A stretch of DNA of 64,000 nt from Candidatus Woesearchaeota archaeon (lineage in GTDB: Archaea > Nanobdellota > Nanobdellia > Woesearchaeales > SKGA01). The stretch is from contig JBKGYN010000003.1 of assembly GCA_046546105.1 (NCBI GenBank), positions 2,178 to 66,177 on the forward strand, read 5' to 3'. The notes below the pieces were generated by a model. It made no database searches, was not told the origin of the DNA, and saw only the letters and a list, made by a program, of their open reading frames with translations. This document shows positions 38,017-47,483 of this stretch, piece after piece (the stretch's first letter is position 1; every line of letters begins with the position of its first letter). The position numbers and the translations under genes were made by a program.

Positions 38017-38823
38017 CTAAAAAAGCCCCATATAGTTCATGAAGACCTGATCAGCAGTCTCTTGCTCAGTCATTCCTTTGATTTCAGCGATTTTTCGTAT
38101 CGTGGATCGGACATTCGCCGGTTCATTTGGAACCTCAGGCTCGGGTCCTAGAAACGGCGCGTCGGTTTCTGTGAGGAGTTTGGAAAGTCTTGTCGTCCTG
38201 ACAATCTCTTGCATCTGCTCAAGTTTCGTGACCACTGTGGGTATAGAGAACATCCATCCCTGATCCTGTATTCGCTTGACATATTTTTTCTTTCCCATGA
38301 AGCAGTGCATGATGACTTTTCGGGCATTGTGCTTGATGAGGAGGTCGATTACATCATTCTCTGCTTTTCTTGAGTGGACAATCAGAGGAATATCAAGCTC
38401 GTTTGCCAGTTTTATGAATTTGACAAAGGCATCACGCTGGATTTGTTTCAATCCCTCTTGCTTCTCTAACGAGAGTTCTTTCATCTCAACATCGCCACCT
38501 TCCTCGGCGAATTTGTAATCGAGACCCACCTCGCCGATGGCGACTGGTTTCTGTTTTCTTATGAATTCGATCTCTTCATCGATCTCTTCAGGAGAGTACT
38601 CTACTGTGTGTGTCGGATAGACTCCTAAAGCGGGTTTTATGATATCGTTTTGGGATGCGAGCGCGAGTACTCGCCTATTGCTATGAGGATCAGTACCGTT
38701 TGAGATTATAGCTTTGACCCCTGCTTCCGATGCTCGTATCAGGATCCGATCACTCTTGTGGATAAGGGGTTCCATATCCATATGCGCGTGTACATCGACA
38801 AGTCTCATGGTATCAGCCAACAT
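38017..38823 (-). CDS. TatD-family metal-dependent hydrolase/DNase
   Basis: N-terminal LVDVHAHMD, plus GEVGLD and HSR motifs characteristic of TatD. Confidence 0.75.
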   Translation of the reverse strand: MLADTMRLVDVHAHMDMEPLIHKSDRILIRASEAGVKAIISNGTDPHSNRRVLALASQNDIIKPALGVYPTHTVEYSPEEIDEEIEFIRKQKPVAIGEVGLDYKFAEEGGDVEMKELSLEKQEGLKQIQRDAFVKFIKLANELDIPLIVHSRKAENDVIDLLIKHNARKVIMHCFMGKKKYVKRIQDQGWMFSIPTVVTKLEQMQEIVRTTRLSKLLTETDAPFLGPEPEVPNEPANVRSTIRKIAEIKGMTEQETADQVFMNYMGLF

Positions 38824-38873
38824 AGCATGTTAAGGAACGTTATAAAAAGATTGTTTGAAAGGGACAAGAATCC

Positions 38874-39281
38874 CTATCGGTCCTTATCGTTTTCAGGACC
38901 CATATTCTTGAACGATTCAAGGAGATCGATAACGTATTTACCATCTTCAAGCTTGTAGATAAGCGGTTGTTTCTGTTGGAATAGATTGACCAGATCAAGC
39001 TCATATTGTCCTGGCTTGAGAATCTTGATACTCTCTATATCTAGAATCACCGGTTTTTCCAGATCAACATCATCACCAAGAATATCATAGACATCTTCTT
39101 CAATCTGTTGTTTTTCATTATCTGAGAGGTCAAGGATTTGCTGTTGCTCTTCTTTCATCTCCTTGAGTCGTTCTTTCTTGACATAGAAAAAGAGTTTCCT
39201 GCCACAATTAGAGCATCCGTGTAGAATCTCTTGGGATCCATCGTCAAACATCGTTCCGCAAGATACGCATTGGTGTGGCAT
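38874..39281 (-). CDS. Zn-ribbon protein (DUF2072-like, tentative)
   Basis: N-terminal CVSCG...CSNCG zinc ribbon; acidic coiled-coil C-terminus. Confidence 0.4.
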   Translation of the reverse strand: MPHQCVSCGTMFDDGSQEILHGCSNCGRKLFFYVKKERLKEMKEEQQQILDLSDNEKQQIEEDVYDILGDDVDLEKPVILDIESIKILKPGQYELDLVNLFQQKQPLIYKLEDGKYVIDLLESFKNMGPENDKDR

Positions 39282-39348
39282 TTTTTAATCACCGATCAGG
39301 ATATAAATGGGTTCACTGAAAAAAAAAACATGTCGAAAAGAGCTGATT

Positions 39349-39759
39349 TCACTTCTTTTTAGGTTTTGATTTCGGTTTCTTTTTCTCGTTTACCGCTTCG
39401 GTCGTGAAAAGCTGAATCTTATCAGGATCCTGTTTGATTTCCTTGACAACATTTGCCGGTCCGATGATTGTCATCCCCCTTCGTGAACCAAGCACCATGT
39501 TGATGAACATGTTCCGTACACGTTTGAAAAGTGCAGCATTATTGTCTTCTGGAAAGATGACTGATAATTCGATTCCAGTGAACTTATCATTGATAGACTC
39601 CATCGTCTTGCGAATGAGTTCTGCTTCTTCTTCACTCCGTAACCGTCCCTCAACAAGAAGAATCTTATCAGTCTTTACAAGACGGAGCAGTTTGGAAATC
39701 CGTTTCTGGGATGAGAGGTTCTCAATCTCTGAATGCGGAATGTATTGTAGTGTTAGCAT
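39349..39759 (-). CDS. Conserved archaeal hypothetical protein (DUF2073-like, tentative)
   Basis: 136-aa protein with a K-rich tail; sits between the Zn-ribbon protein and the GTPase, the arrangement I recall for the archaeal GTPase/DUF2073/DUF2072 triad. Confidence 0.35.
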   Translation of the reverse strand: MLTLQYIPHSEIENLSSQKRISKLLRLVKTDKILLVEGRLRSEEEAELIRKTMESINDKFTGIELSVIFPEDNNAALFKRVRNMFINMVLGSRRGMTIIGPANVVKEIKQDPDKIQLFTTEAVNEKKKPKSKPKKK

Positions 39760-39775
39760 TTTATAGTACCTACTT

Positions 39776-40483
39776 CTACATCGTCACCTCAAAGAGTGCG
39801 TCGTAGAACTTGTTGACGTTCTTGCCGGTTTTCGCGCTTATACCCACTACTTTATATTGAGGGAATGCAGACTGCACTTTTCGGAGGTTTGCTTTTTTCA
39901 GATCGAGCTTGTTCGCAACTACAAGCACAGGAATCTTTCTTGCCTGAAGGTTTCCGATGATAGTGAGATTGACTTGTGAAAAAGGATCTTTGGTCGCATC
40001 CAAGACCACCACGACTGCATCCATATCATCAAGCCATTTTATCGAGCTGATGACGCCTTTTGTCGCTTCTTTTGCACGGGATTTAGCTTCAGTCTCTTCC
40101 ATCCCTTTCTTGATGAAATCCTCATAATCGATTTTTGTTGCAATACCAGGAGTATCGACCAGATTGAAAGAAAGCTCTCCGTGACCGTCTTTTGATTTGA
40201 TATTGATCTGTTCTTTGACTTGTATTTCTCTTGTTTCGTGAGCTACATCACTGACAGACCCCATGGGCTCACCGAGCCAATCCTCGCAGATCTTGTTCGC
40301 GAGCGTGGTCTTGCCACCGTTTGGCGGACCGTACAAACCAAGCTTTAGTTCTTTCTTCTTGCTGAAGAACTGCTTGAAGAACTTATTTGCTAGTCGTTTC
40401 AGCGTCTTTATCATTATGACTTGACAGAACAACATGTCTTTAAAAAGATTTCGTTTGTAACAGCTGCATATCGGTTTCCGCAA
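39776..40483 (-). CDS. Small GTP-binding protein (HSR1/MMR1-like GTPase)
   Basis: G1 GPPNGGKTT, G3 DTPG, G4 NKLD; the true start may be an internal Met (MIKTLKRL). Confidence 0.65.
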   Translation of the reverse strand: MRKPICSCYKRNLFKDMLFCQVIMIKTLKRLANKFFKQFFSKKKELKLGLYGPPNGGKTTLANKICEDWLGEPMGSVSDVAHETREIQVKEQINIKSKDGHGELSFNLVDTPGIATKIDYEDFIKKGMEETEAKSRAKEATKGVISSIKWLDDMDAVVVVLDATKDPFSQVNLTIIGNLQARKIPVLVVANKLDLKKANLRKVQSAFPQYKVVGISAKTGKNVNKFYDALFEVTM

Positions 40484-40614
40484 CTCTATTCCGCTACGAG
40501 TCCACCCCGAGCCTTTTAAAAATAGCTTTACAACCTATTTTCGGGCCATATTACCAGAACCTTCATCGGAGAAAGAATAAGAATTTAAAAAGATGAAAAG
40601 AAAAAACGACTAGC

Positions 40615-40779
40615 TTATTTTTTTTGCCAGGCATATGATCGTTTCTTTGCGCTTTTTCCGTATCCGCAAGCTGCGCAGACACCGCTTTTTCGATGGTATG
40701 CGTGCTTTCCGCATCGTCGGCACGGGATATGCGCACTCTTTCCAGAGTGTTTTCCTTGTGCTGCTGTTCCGGTTCCCAT
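40615..40779 (-). CDS. rpl37e: Ribosomal protein eL37 (L37e)
   Basis: Manual translation MGTGTAAQGKHSGKSAHIPCRRCGKHAYHRKSGVCAACGYGKSAKKRSYAWQKK (54 aa) is the C4 zinc-finger L37e signature; the ORF track shows only a wrong-frame ORF 40610..40792. Confidence 0.8.
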   Translation of the reverse strand: MGTGTAAQGKHSGKSAHIPCRRCGKHAYHRKSGVCAACGYGKSAKKRSYAWQKK

Positions 40780-40807
40780 TGTGCATCCTCAAATAATCGG
40801 GATAAAA

Positions 40808-41113
40808 CTACTGGACTGAGATGTTAGTGATCGTATCTCCTCGTAGGAAGACAGTGCCGAGTTTTCGTTTGAGCTGTTTCTCAGCATCATAGGTCTCTTC
40901 AGTCTTTTTCTCATCGACCTGAGCCACAATCTTTTTGGTCTTTGGCTCGTATTCTTCAGCTTCATCCAGCACTGTATTGATATGAATGTCGAACGCCTGG
41001 AGCTTTCCCACATATCTCCATCCGTTTTTCAGATCGACAATTACTCGTTTTCCTCGTGATTTGTTCAGTGCATCCAGTGGTCTTGACATCGTATTACCAT
41101 CCATAATCATCAA
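40808..41113 (-). CDS. Sm-like archaeal protein (LSm/SmAP) with an insertion
   Basis: Sm1-like VIVDLKNGWRYVGKLQAFDIHINTVL and Sm2-like GTVFLRGDTITNI; adjacent to rpl37e, as is common in archaea. Confidence 0.6.
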   Translation of the reverse strand: MMIMDGNTMSRPLDALNKSRGKRVIVDLKNGWRYVGKLQAFDIHINTVLDEAEEYEPKTKKIVAQVDEKKTEETYDAEKQLKRKLGTVFLRGDTITNISVQ

Positions 41114-41239
41114 CCCCTCATAGGTATATGCGGCATTTCATTGAAAAAAATCCTTTCAAGAAAGCCTATAATAAGCTCTGATCGCTGACCAAAGCATCTG
41201 TGAAGAAGTAATGGGAGATTTATAAACCTATCGCATAAG

Positions 41240-42451
41240 CTATAGCTCGTCAATCCCTTTGATTCTTGGTTCTATATTCCTCGCATACCCGCCACTACGA
41301 ATAACACCATCTTTTCCAAGCTCTATAGTAACTCCCAAGACCGTTTCAAGAACGTAAGCATAGCCTTTGAGTCGTTCTGTAATGCGCTCCATTTTCACTT
41401 CTCCACCCTGTAGTGCCACGAGAGGTAGGATCTGTTCTGCCAGAAGCGGTTCGATCTCTTGAGAAAGCATTGATGCCTCGAATTCACGTATGAACTCGTA
41501 GACCCGATTATCGAAACCATCAACAAGGTCTTTTTTCCGGTAGTGCCGGTCTAGTTGCCGTATCCAGGGCTTGTCATTATCATAGCCATCCTGATCTCCG
41601 AACAGTGCATTCAGGGAGATGGCACAGGCGTTTTCTGATGACGATACATAGTTCGTGTCGATAACCAGAGGAACTTGTTTTTCCCTGTAAGCGAGTCGCA
41701 GTAGTTGTTCGATGCGATCAAGGATATTCTGTTCCGCCAAGTCCTTGCTTGCAACCAGCTTTCCCCTGATCGCGACCAAGTCCGACGAAGGCTTGAATGA
41801 AAAGCGTGGTGAATTCTTGTCAAGCTCGTGCTTTCCCCGTACTGACAGCGTCACGTTTCCATCATGATCGGGATAGAACGCCACTTTGTTTATTGAGAGC
41901 ATACATTCATCGGCATAGGGCATGAGTGGTCTTAAAAGGTATTCTTTGAGCACATCTACTGACGGAGCATCCAGCCCATGCGTCATGCCTGTCGCTTCAA
42001 TCGTGATTCTCTTTGGAGAGTGGATACCTGCAATCGCAAACGGTATCAACGCCAGTGCTATCGAGTGAGGGCCACCAAGGTCGATCTTGAATTTCCGGGG
42101 TGGTGTAAAAGATTTTTGTGGTGAGAAGGTGATTGTGTCAGAACCTTTTCCCAGACCCTTGATTTCGGCATCAGTGCATGATACCATCGCTTCTGTGAAG
42201 GCGATTAAGGGTTCGCTCAACCCTGATTTATTTTTCTGATCCGTACAAATATTATTGATTGATATCGCCTTGCCCGACAAAGCCGATGCCAGAAGTGCTG
42301 TTCGCACAAGACCTCCGCCTGAATAGTATTTAGAGCCGTCGACAAGTATAGGTTGATTCTTCTGCAACCCTGATCTTGAATCTCCAGTTTCAACCATAGA
42401 GTTGTTGATGAGATGAGTTCTCTTATAAGAATTACGAAAAATAGCTTGCAT
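41240..42451 (-). CDS. rtcA: RNA 3'-terminal phosphate cyclase
   Basis: ILVDGSKYYSGGGLVRTALLASALSGKAISINNI parallels RtcA ([34 protein letters not shown]); the N-terminal ~18 aa of the ORF are probably not translated. Confidence 0.7.
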   Translation of the reverse strand: MQAIFRNSYKRTHLINNSMVETGDSRSGLQKNQPILVDGSKYYSGGGLVRTALLASALSGKAISINNICTDQKNKSGLSEPLIAFTEAMVSCTDAEIKGLGKGSDTITFSPQKSFTPPRKFKIDLGGPHSIALALIPFAIAGIHSPKRITIEATGMTHGLDAPSVDVLKEYLLRPLMPYADECMLSINKVAFYPDHDGNVTLSVRGKHELDKNSPRFSFKPSSDLVAIRGKLVASKDLAEQNILDRIEQLLRLAYREKQVPLVIDTNYVSSSENACAISLNALFGDQDGYDNDKPWIRQLDRHYRKKDLVDGFDNRVYEFIREFEASMLSQEIEPLLAEQILPLVALQGGEVKMERITERLKGYAYVLETVLGVTIELGKDGVIRSGGYARNIEPRIKGIDEL

Positions 42452-42454
42452 CTC

Positions 42455-44965
42455 TTATGCTTCATCATTAAGCGTGAGAATCGCTTCCTGTTCAAGAAGT
42501 TTGATTTTTATTTGGTCAAAGAGAGACTTTAGTTCCATGTAGCGACGTTCTTTCTCTTGTCTTGAAATGTTGAGTTCGAGATAGACCTCTCTGGCCTCCT
42601 GATATTTCTCTTTGGCCTTCAATGCATTGCCATTTGCTAATTGTTGCCTGCATTCATCGATTATTCTTGCAAGTTTGTTTGCCGCCTCATCATCTTCTGA
42701 TGAAACGGTTTCTTGTTCAGAAGCATCAGCATTATCTTCACCATGCTTTTCGGGAGGCATTGGTTTTTCAATATGATCATTTCCAGAAACCTCTGCTGAA
42801 GACGTTTGAAGTTCAGCCGCCTCATCAGCCTGTTCCATCTTATTTTCGAGTTGTGTTTCTTCAGCGTCGTAGTCTTCACAGAGTTGATGGATACGTTCAT
42901 CCTGCTTCTTAAGTGCTTCTTCTACTCCCTGCACCTCTGATGCAGGTACCGCAGTAGAATTGTTTGAATCAGCAGCCTCACCTCGCTCTTTGACCAACGA
43001 CGATGATCCGGATGAAGGATCATGTGCTCCTTTCATTTCAAGTTGTTCTATCTCGTTGTTGGTCTCTCGAAGGGATTTCTTGAGCATGTCAATCTCGTCT
43101 TGCAGTTTTTCCAGAGTTCCTGGATCACCAGAATCACTTCCTGAAGCTTTCTGTTCAAGCATCCTTTCGACTTCCTCTCGTTTCTGTTCTATCCGCTTCT
43201 CTTGTTCTTTCTCCCATTTCCTGAATTCTTCCAGTTTCTTCTCGTAAAATGATTTGAGATGTTCTTCTTTTTCTTTGAGTATATGTTCGAACTCTTCAAG
43301 CTCTTTGGCATGGCTGTTCTCCACATGTCGTGTTTGTGCGCTTTCCTGCTCTTGTAAATTCATCTTGTCGTCATCAGAATCGTTTGAAACATCATCCTCT
43401 TGTAAGGCGGTATTTTCAGAAGGCGAATCCGCTTCTCGTCCAGCTGTATCTTGATTATCTTCAGCTGCAAGATCTGTTTTGAGCTCAGCCGCTTGAGAAT
43501 CTCCATCGGAAGGTTCTTGCTCAGACTCCTCTTCTGGTTGTGTGTCTATAGCTTCAGGTTCTTCGGTTAAAGGAAATTGTTCATCCTTTGAATCCGATCC
43601 CTCCTCCTTAACCCAGGATGAGCTTTCAGATTTTTCTTCAGGTGGTTCATCATCTTCGGCGACCTGTTTTTTTTCAGGATTATCTGTCAAAGATGACCCT
43701 TCCGACGATAGGGTTTGGTTTTCCCCATCTTCTGCAGTTTCTTGCTCGCCAGCCTCATCTTTCTCCTCAGGATCTTCCGTGAACGAGGATTCGGCTTGGG
43801 ACTCTTCTTGTTCAGAACTAGTTTCTTCCTCAATGTCTTTCGTAAAAGACGAGGTTGTTTTCGATCCTGCATGGTTATCTGAGGTCCCTTCCTCCGGATC
43901 ATCCGCAAACGAAGAAGTGTTAGCAGTAGTCTTGTTTCCGTCCGGATCATCATCCGGATCATCAGTGAATGAAGAAGTCGCCTGTGATTCAGTCTGATCC
44001 TCTGAAGTTTGCTCGCTTGGGTCGACTGTGAAAGAAGAAGTGTTTGTTGACGTTGAGTCCTTGCCGTCGTCCGAATCGGTAATGAATGAGGAGTCCTTCT
44101 TTCCGGTAGACTCTTCGAAGCCATCATCCTGTATCCATGAGGAAGAGTTCGTTCTTTCTTGTGATGAAGAAGTGTTTTTTTCCTCTTGAACTAACGAAGG
44201 GGAGGATGGATGAGATTTCTCTTCTGCTTCAGCAGCAAATCCTGATGATACAGAATCACCAGTTGAGGTCTTATCCTCTGATTCCCGCTCATGTTCTCTT
44301 ACAGGACCATCTGTCCATGAGGAATCACCGCTTTTTCCAACTTCCAAATCCTTTTTTTGTTCTTCTTGATTTATTTGAAGTAGCTCTTCGGGAACCTTAC
44401 TTTCTTTTTTCGAGCCTTCTCCTGATCCCTTCGTTTCCTCTTGTTGCTCGTTATCCTCCAGGGTTGTTGACCCTGCAGAGTCTTCGTTTTCCGGTGTCCA
44501 TGCTGTCTGTGATGACCATTCGGTTCGTGTTTGGTCAGGACCGTCACGTTCTCCTCTTGACTCATGGGCCGCTTGTTCTTTCTCGTATTGATCTGCAAGA
44601 TTTTGCGCTGATGATTTCGCATCAGTTTCCAGATGGTCATAAAGATGGTCGGTTGAAGGAATCTGTTGATTCAGCCCTAGTTTTTCTCTGTTTTTTTCCA
44701 ACTCAGCATTCTTTGAGTTTGATGTGTCGCGGACTGTGTCTGAAATATCGTTCTTTTCAGAAGGATCGACCGAAGTTTTTGCGTTCTGTTCAAGCTCGCT
44801 ATGGATGTTATCGAAAGTTTGCGAAAAAGAATCAGTGTTCGTGTTTTCGGACGCATCAGAAGCTTTTTTTCCGCCGAAAAGCTTTGAGAATAGACCTTTT
44901 TTCTTGTTCCTACTTTGCATACTCGGCGGCGTAGGCGGTTTGATATCAAGATCATCTGACGACAT
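42455..44965 (-). CDS. Large acidic low-complexity repeat protein with C-terminal coiled coil
   Basis: 836 aa with extreme D/E/S/T content, at least 6 imperfect repeats of (S/T)SSFT.DP(D/E), and a C-terminal heptad-rich region (ELEEFEHILKEKEEHLKSFYEKKLEEFRKWEKEQEKRIEQ). Confidence 0.55.
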   Translation of the reverse strand: MSSDDLDIKPPTPPSMQSRNKKKGLFSKLFGGKKASDASENTNTDSFSQTFDNIHSELEQNAKTSVDPSEKNDISDTVRDTSNSKNAELEKNREKLGLNQQIPSTDHLYDHLETDAKSSAQNLADQYEKEQAAHESRGERDGPDQTRTEWSSQTAWTPENEDSAGSTTLEDNEQQEETKGSGEGSKKESKVPEELLQINQEEQKKDLEVGKSGDSSWTDGPVREHERESEDKTSTGDSVSSGFAAEAEEKSHPSSPSLVQEEKNTSSSQERTNSSSWIQDDGFEESTGKKDSSFITDSDDGKDSTSTNTSSFTVDPSEQTSEDQTESQATSSFTDDPDDDPDGNKTTANTSSFADDPEEGTSDNHAGSKTTSSFTKDIEEETSSEQEESQAESSFTEDPEEKDEAGEQETAEDGENQTLSSEGSSLTDNPEKKQVAEDDEPPEEKSESSSWVKEEGSDSKDEQFPLTEEPEAIDTQPEEESEQEPSDGDSQAAELKTDLAAEDNQDTAGREADSPSENTALQEDDVSNDSDDDKMNLQEQESAQTRHVENSHAKELEEFEHILKEKEEHLKSFYEKKLEEFRKWEKEQEKRIEQKREEVERMLEQKASGSDSGDPGTLEKLQDEIDMLKKSLRETNNEIEQLEMKGAHDPSSGSSSLVKERGEAADSNNSTAVPASEVQGVEEALKKQDERIHQLCEDYDAEETQLENKMEQADEAAELQTSSAEVSGNDHIEKPMPPEKHGEDNADASEQETVSSEDDEAANKLARIIDECRQQLANGNALKAKEKYQEAREVYLELNISRQEKERRYMELKSLFDQIKIKLLEQEAILTLNDEA

Positions 44966-45142
44966 TACTACTCACACACCCCTTTTGGCTACGCGCATGT
45001 ATTTCTATGAAATACTCTGCCCGTATAGTGACACTATCACATGAAAGTATATAAAAAGGTTTTGTTATCACTCGCAAGTCTAATGTGTAAAAAACAAAAT
45101 TTCCAATAATATTAAAAAAACAGCCCTTTCTTTCAAGAAAAC

Positions 45143-45973
45143 ATGACCCGGATTTCTCACGATAAAATTGCTGTATTCCAAAATAAGATTTTCAGGCACT
45201 ACAAACAAGAGGGTCGCAATCTTCCCTGGCGTCACACGACTGACCGGTACAAGGTCATGGTCAGCGAGATCATGTTGCAACAGACGCAAGTATCTCGTGT
45301 CATCGAGAAGTACATCGAGTGGATGAGAGAATTCCCTACGCCGAAAGCTCTTGCTGACGCTTCTCTTTCTGACGTGCTGAAATTGTGGAAAGGGCTTGGG
45401 TATAATAATCGTGCGAAGCGCTTGCAGGATTCTGCACGCATCATCCTCAATGAGTATGACGGTGTTGTTCCTGATACTGTAGAAGAACTCATCAAGCTGC
45501 CGGGCATCGGTCCGTACACTGCGCGATCGATTCTTATCTTCGCAGATAACAAGGACATCGCTACTGTGGATACTAACATCCGACGGCTTCTCATCGCCGA
45601 GTTCGGCATCGCCGAAGACACGTCCGATAGAGATCTCTTCGAGCTGGCTCAGCGTCTTCTCCCAACGGGCCGTTCTCGTGATTGGCATAATGCACTCATG
45701 GATTACGGTGCTATGGTGTTGACAAGCAGGAAAAGCGGTATCAAGCCTAAGAGCACACAGTCGAAATTCAAGGGTTCGCGTCGCCAGTATCGTGCAAAAC
45801 TGCTTCACCGTATCGTCGAGAACGGAGAGTTGTCTCTTGCTGAAGCTAGAGAGGAGTATGGAGACAGTCCTGCTCCTGTGAGTGAGATCCTTGGCGAGCT
45901 TGAAAGCGATGGTCTCGTGAAACAAGAAGCAGTGAACAATAAGAAGAAAGGATCAGTGTATCGTCCGGCTTGA
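45143..45973 (+). CDS. HhH-GPD DNA glycosylase, MutY/EndoIII-like, lacking the [4Fe-4S] cysteine cluster
   Basis: WY..nkR.LPWR-like N-terminus (FRHYKQEGRNLPWRHTTDRYKVMVSEIMLQQTQV), GLGYNNRAKRL, HhH LPGIGPYTA and catalytic-Asp region VDTNIRRL; no CX6CX2CX5C follows. Confidence 0.6.
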   Translation: MTRISHDKIAVFQNKIFRHYKQEGRNLPWRHTTDRYKVMVSEIMLQQTQVSRVIEKYIEWMREFPTPKALADASLSDVLKLWKGLGYNNRAKRLQDSARIILNEYDGVVPDTVEELIKLPGIGPYTARSILIFADNKDIATVDTNIRRLLIAEFGIAEDTSDRDLFELAQRLLPTGRSRDWHNALMDYGAMVLTSRKSGIKPKSTQSKFKGSRRQYRAKLLHRIVENGELSLAEAREEYGDSPAPVSEILGELESDGLVKQEAVNNKKKGSVYRPA

Positions 45974-45974
45974 T

Positions 45975-46343
45975 TCATCCCTTGTAGCCTTGGATAGGGT
46001 TCGTATGCACGCCTTTGATCTTATCGACCGGATATCGCTTCGCGTTCTTCTCGAGTTTCTCCTCGACCGCCTTGAAGATGTCGATATCGGTCTTGTAGGA
46101 GATCATGATCAGATACATCATGATGTCAGCGACTTCCTCTTCGACCTGTTTCTTCTTCTCAGGATGCGAGTGGATCGTATCAACTTCCTCTTCAGTCAAC
46201 CAGCGATAGCATTCTGCCAGCTCTCCGACCTCGCTTACCATCGCTACGAAGAGGTCTTTGGGATTGTGGTACTTATCCCAATCGCGTTCCTTGTTGAATT
46301 CCTGGATCTTGTTTTTCAGTTCTTCGAGTGTCGTTGCCATCAA
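45975..46343 (-). CDS. MazG-like nucleoside triphosphate pyrophosphohydrolase
   Basis: EVGELAE and EEEVADIMMYLI match the EExxE/D metal-binding helices of the all-alpha NTP-PPase fold. Confidence 0.6.
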   Translation of the reverse strand: MMATTLEELKNKIQEFNKERDWDKYHNPKDLFVAMVSEVGELAECYRWLTEEEVDTIHSHPEKKKQVEEEVADIMMYLIMISYKTDIDIFKAVEEKLEKNAKRYPVDKIKGVHTNPIQGYKG

Positions 46344-46424
46344 TGAAAACCCCCTTACAAGAGATACTATCTACGAGTATCGTTATTTAAAGATTTCGAA
46401 GAGGAAAACACGAAAAGCATACAA

Positions 46425-46718
46425 TTAATCATCATATCTTAAATTATCAACATTTCCAAAATCCACATTATAACGCAACTCATCATCCTGCATATCAGAA
46501 GTAACTTTAGATGAATGAAAAAACCAATTGAAAGTTTCTTCCCCTTCACAAGAAATATCACTTATTTCAATAAGACCTTCTGCAAGAAAAGTGGAAATTA
46601 GCTGTTTTAGTTTTTTTTCAGATATATCAATCAACTCTTGAATCCATTTACAAGAGTGTTTCACAGGAATTTCATCTAATAAAGTCAAAATTTTCTTTTT
46701 TTCACTAGTCAAATTCAT
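46425..46718 (-). CDS. Hypothetical protein in AT-rich island
   Basis: 97-aa ORF in a locally low-GC segment (about 46.4-47.5 kb). Confidence 0.3.
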   Translation of the reverse strand: MNLTSEKKKILTLLDEIPVKHSCKWIQELIDISEKKLKQLISTFLAEGLIEISDISCEGEETFNWFFHSSKVTSDMQDDELRYNVDFGNVDNLRYDD

Positions 46719-46950
46719 AATTACACATCTAAAAAAAAACGAATATATAAAGATCTGCTTATTTTACAACAAATAAAACACATAGAAAAGAAACTAAAGA
46801 ACTTCAACAAAGAAAATATAAAATTAGTTCCAAAAAAATATGTTTCAAGAATAGGATATACTGTTTATGAAAACACCGTCGCACTAGGATTGATTCAAGA
46901 AAAAGGAATAACTACTATAAAAATCGTTAGTGAAGATTTTGCAAAAGGAT

Positions 46951-47394
46951 TCAAAAACTACTTCGAAATGATTTGGAATTCAAATAATCATCTTGACAAG
47001 AATCACAATAATTCATAATCTTAAATTCATCTTCACTAGTAATATACGGATGGCGATTGAGAATATAATCCATAGAAACAAGGTTTGAAGGAAACAATGG
47101 ATTTATTGAAATACACTGAGAACATTCATACTCCCCTTCACCAGTAAACCACTCGCCATTCACATCGGAAAACTCTTTAAAAAAGAATTCTATAAATTCA
47201 TCGTCAGAAAATCGCGAACTATCTGTCTGCATATCACCATCAATGTAAATGTAATTAAAAATAGCATTTCCATTTCTTTTCTTGAACTCTCTCTTGAGAC
47301 GAGGCAATAATAGATCGATTCTTTCTTCAACAGTTGGTGAATCCATGAATTTTTCTGATTCCAGCACGATTTTTATACTTTGTGGTTTTTTCAT
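46951..47394 (-). CDS. Hypothetical protein in AT-rich island
   Basis: 147-aa ORF in the same low-GC segment; contains a CSQC pair and NYCDSC. Confidence 0.35.
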   Translation of the reverse strand: MKKPQSIKIVLESEKFMDSPTVEERIDLLLPRLKREFKKRNGNAIFNYIYIDGDMQTDSSRFSDDEFIEFFFKEFSDVNGEWFTGEGEYECSQCISINPLFPSNLVSMDYILNRHPYITSEDEFKIMNYCDSCQDDYLNSKSFRSSF

Positions 47395-47483
47395 ATCTCT
47401 TCATATATAGAAATCAGCATGCACGATTTATGAACCAGAAATATATTTAAAACTTATAAAGCTGGATGACATAATACATTCTG

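Noticed and set aside
40610-40792. 60-aa ORF listed in the track
   Set aside because: Wrong reading frame; the overlapping frame encodes bona fide ribosomal protein L37e (40615..40779).
45080-45925. 281-aa ORF antisense to the MutY-like gene
   Set aside because: Composition (R/S/L/C-rich, no motifs) and complete overlap with a motif-bearing gene on the other strand indicate a shadow ORF.
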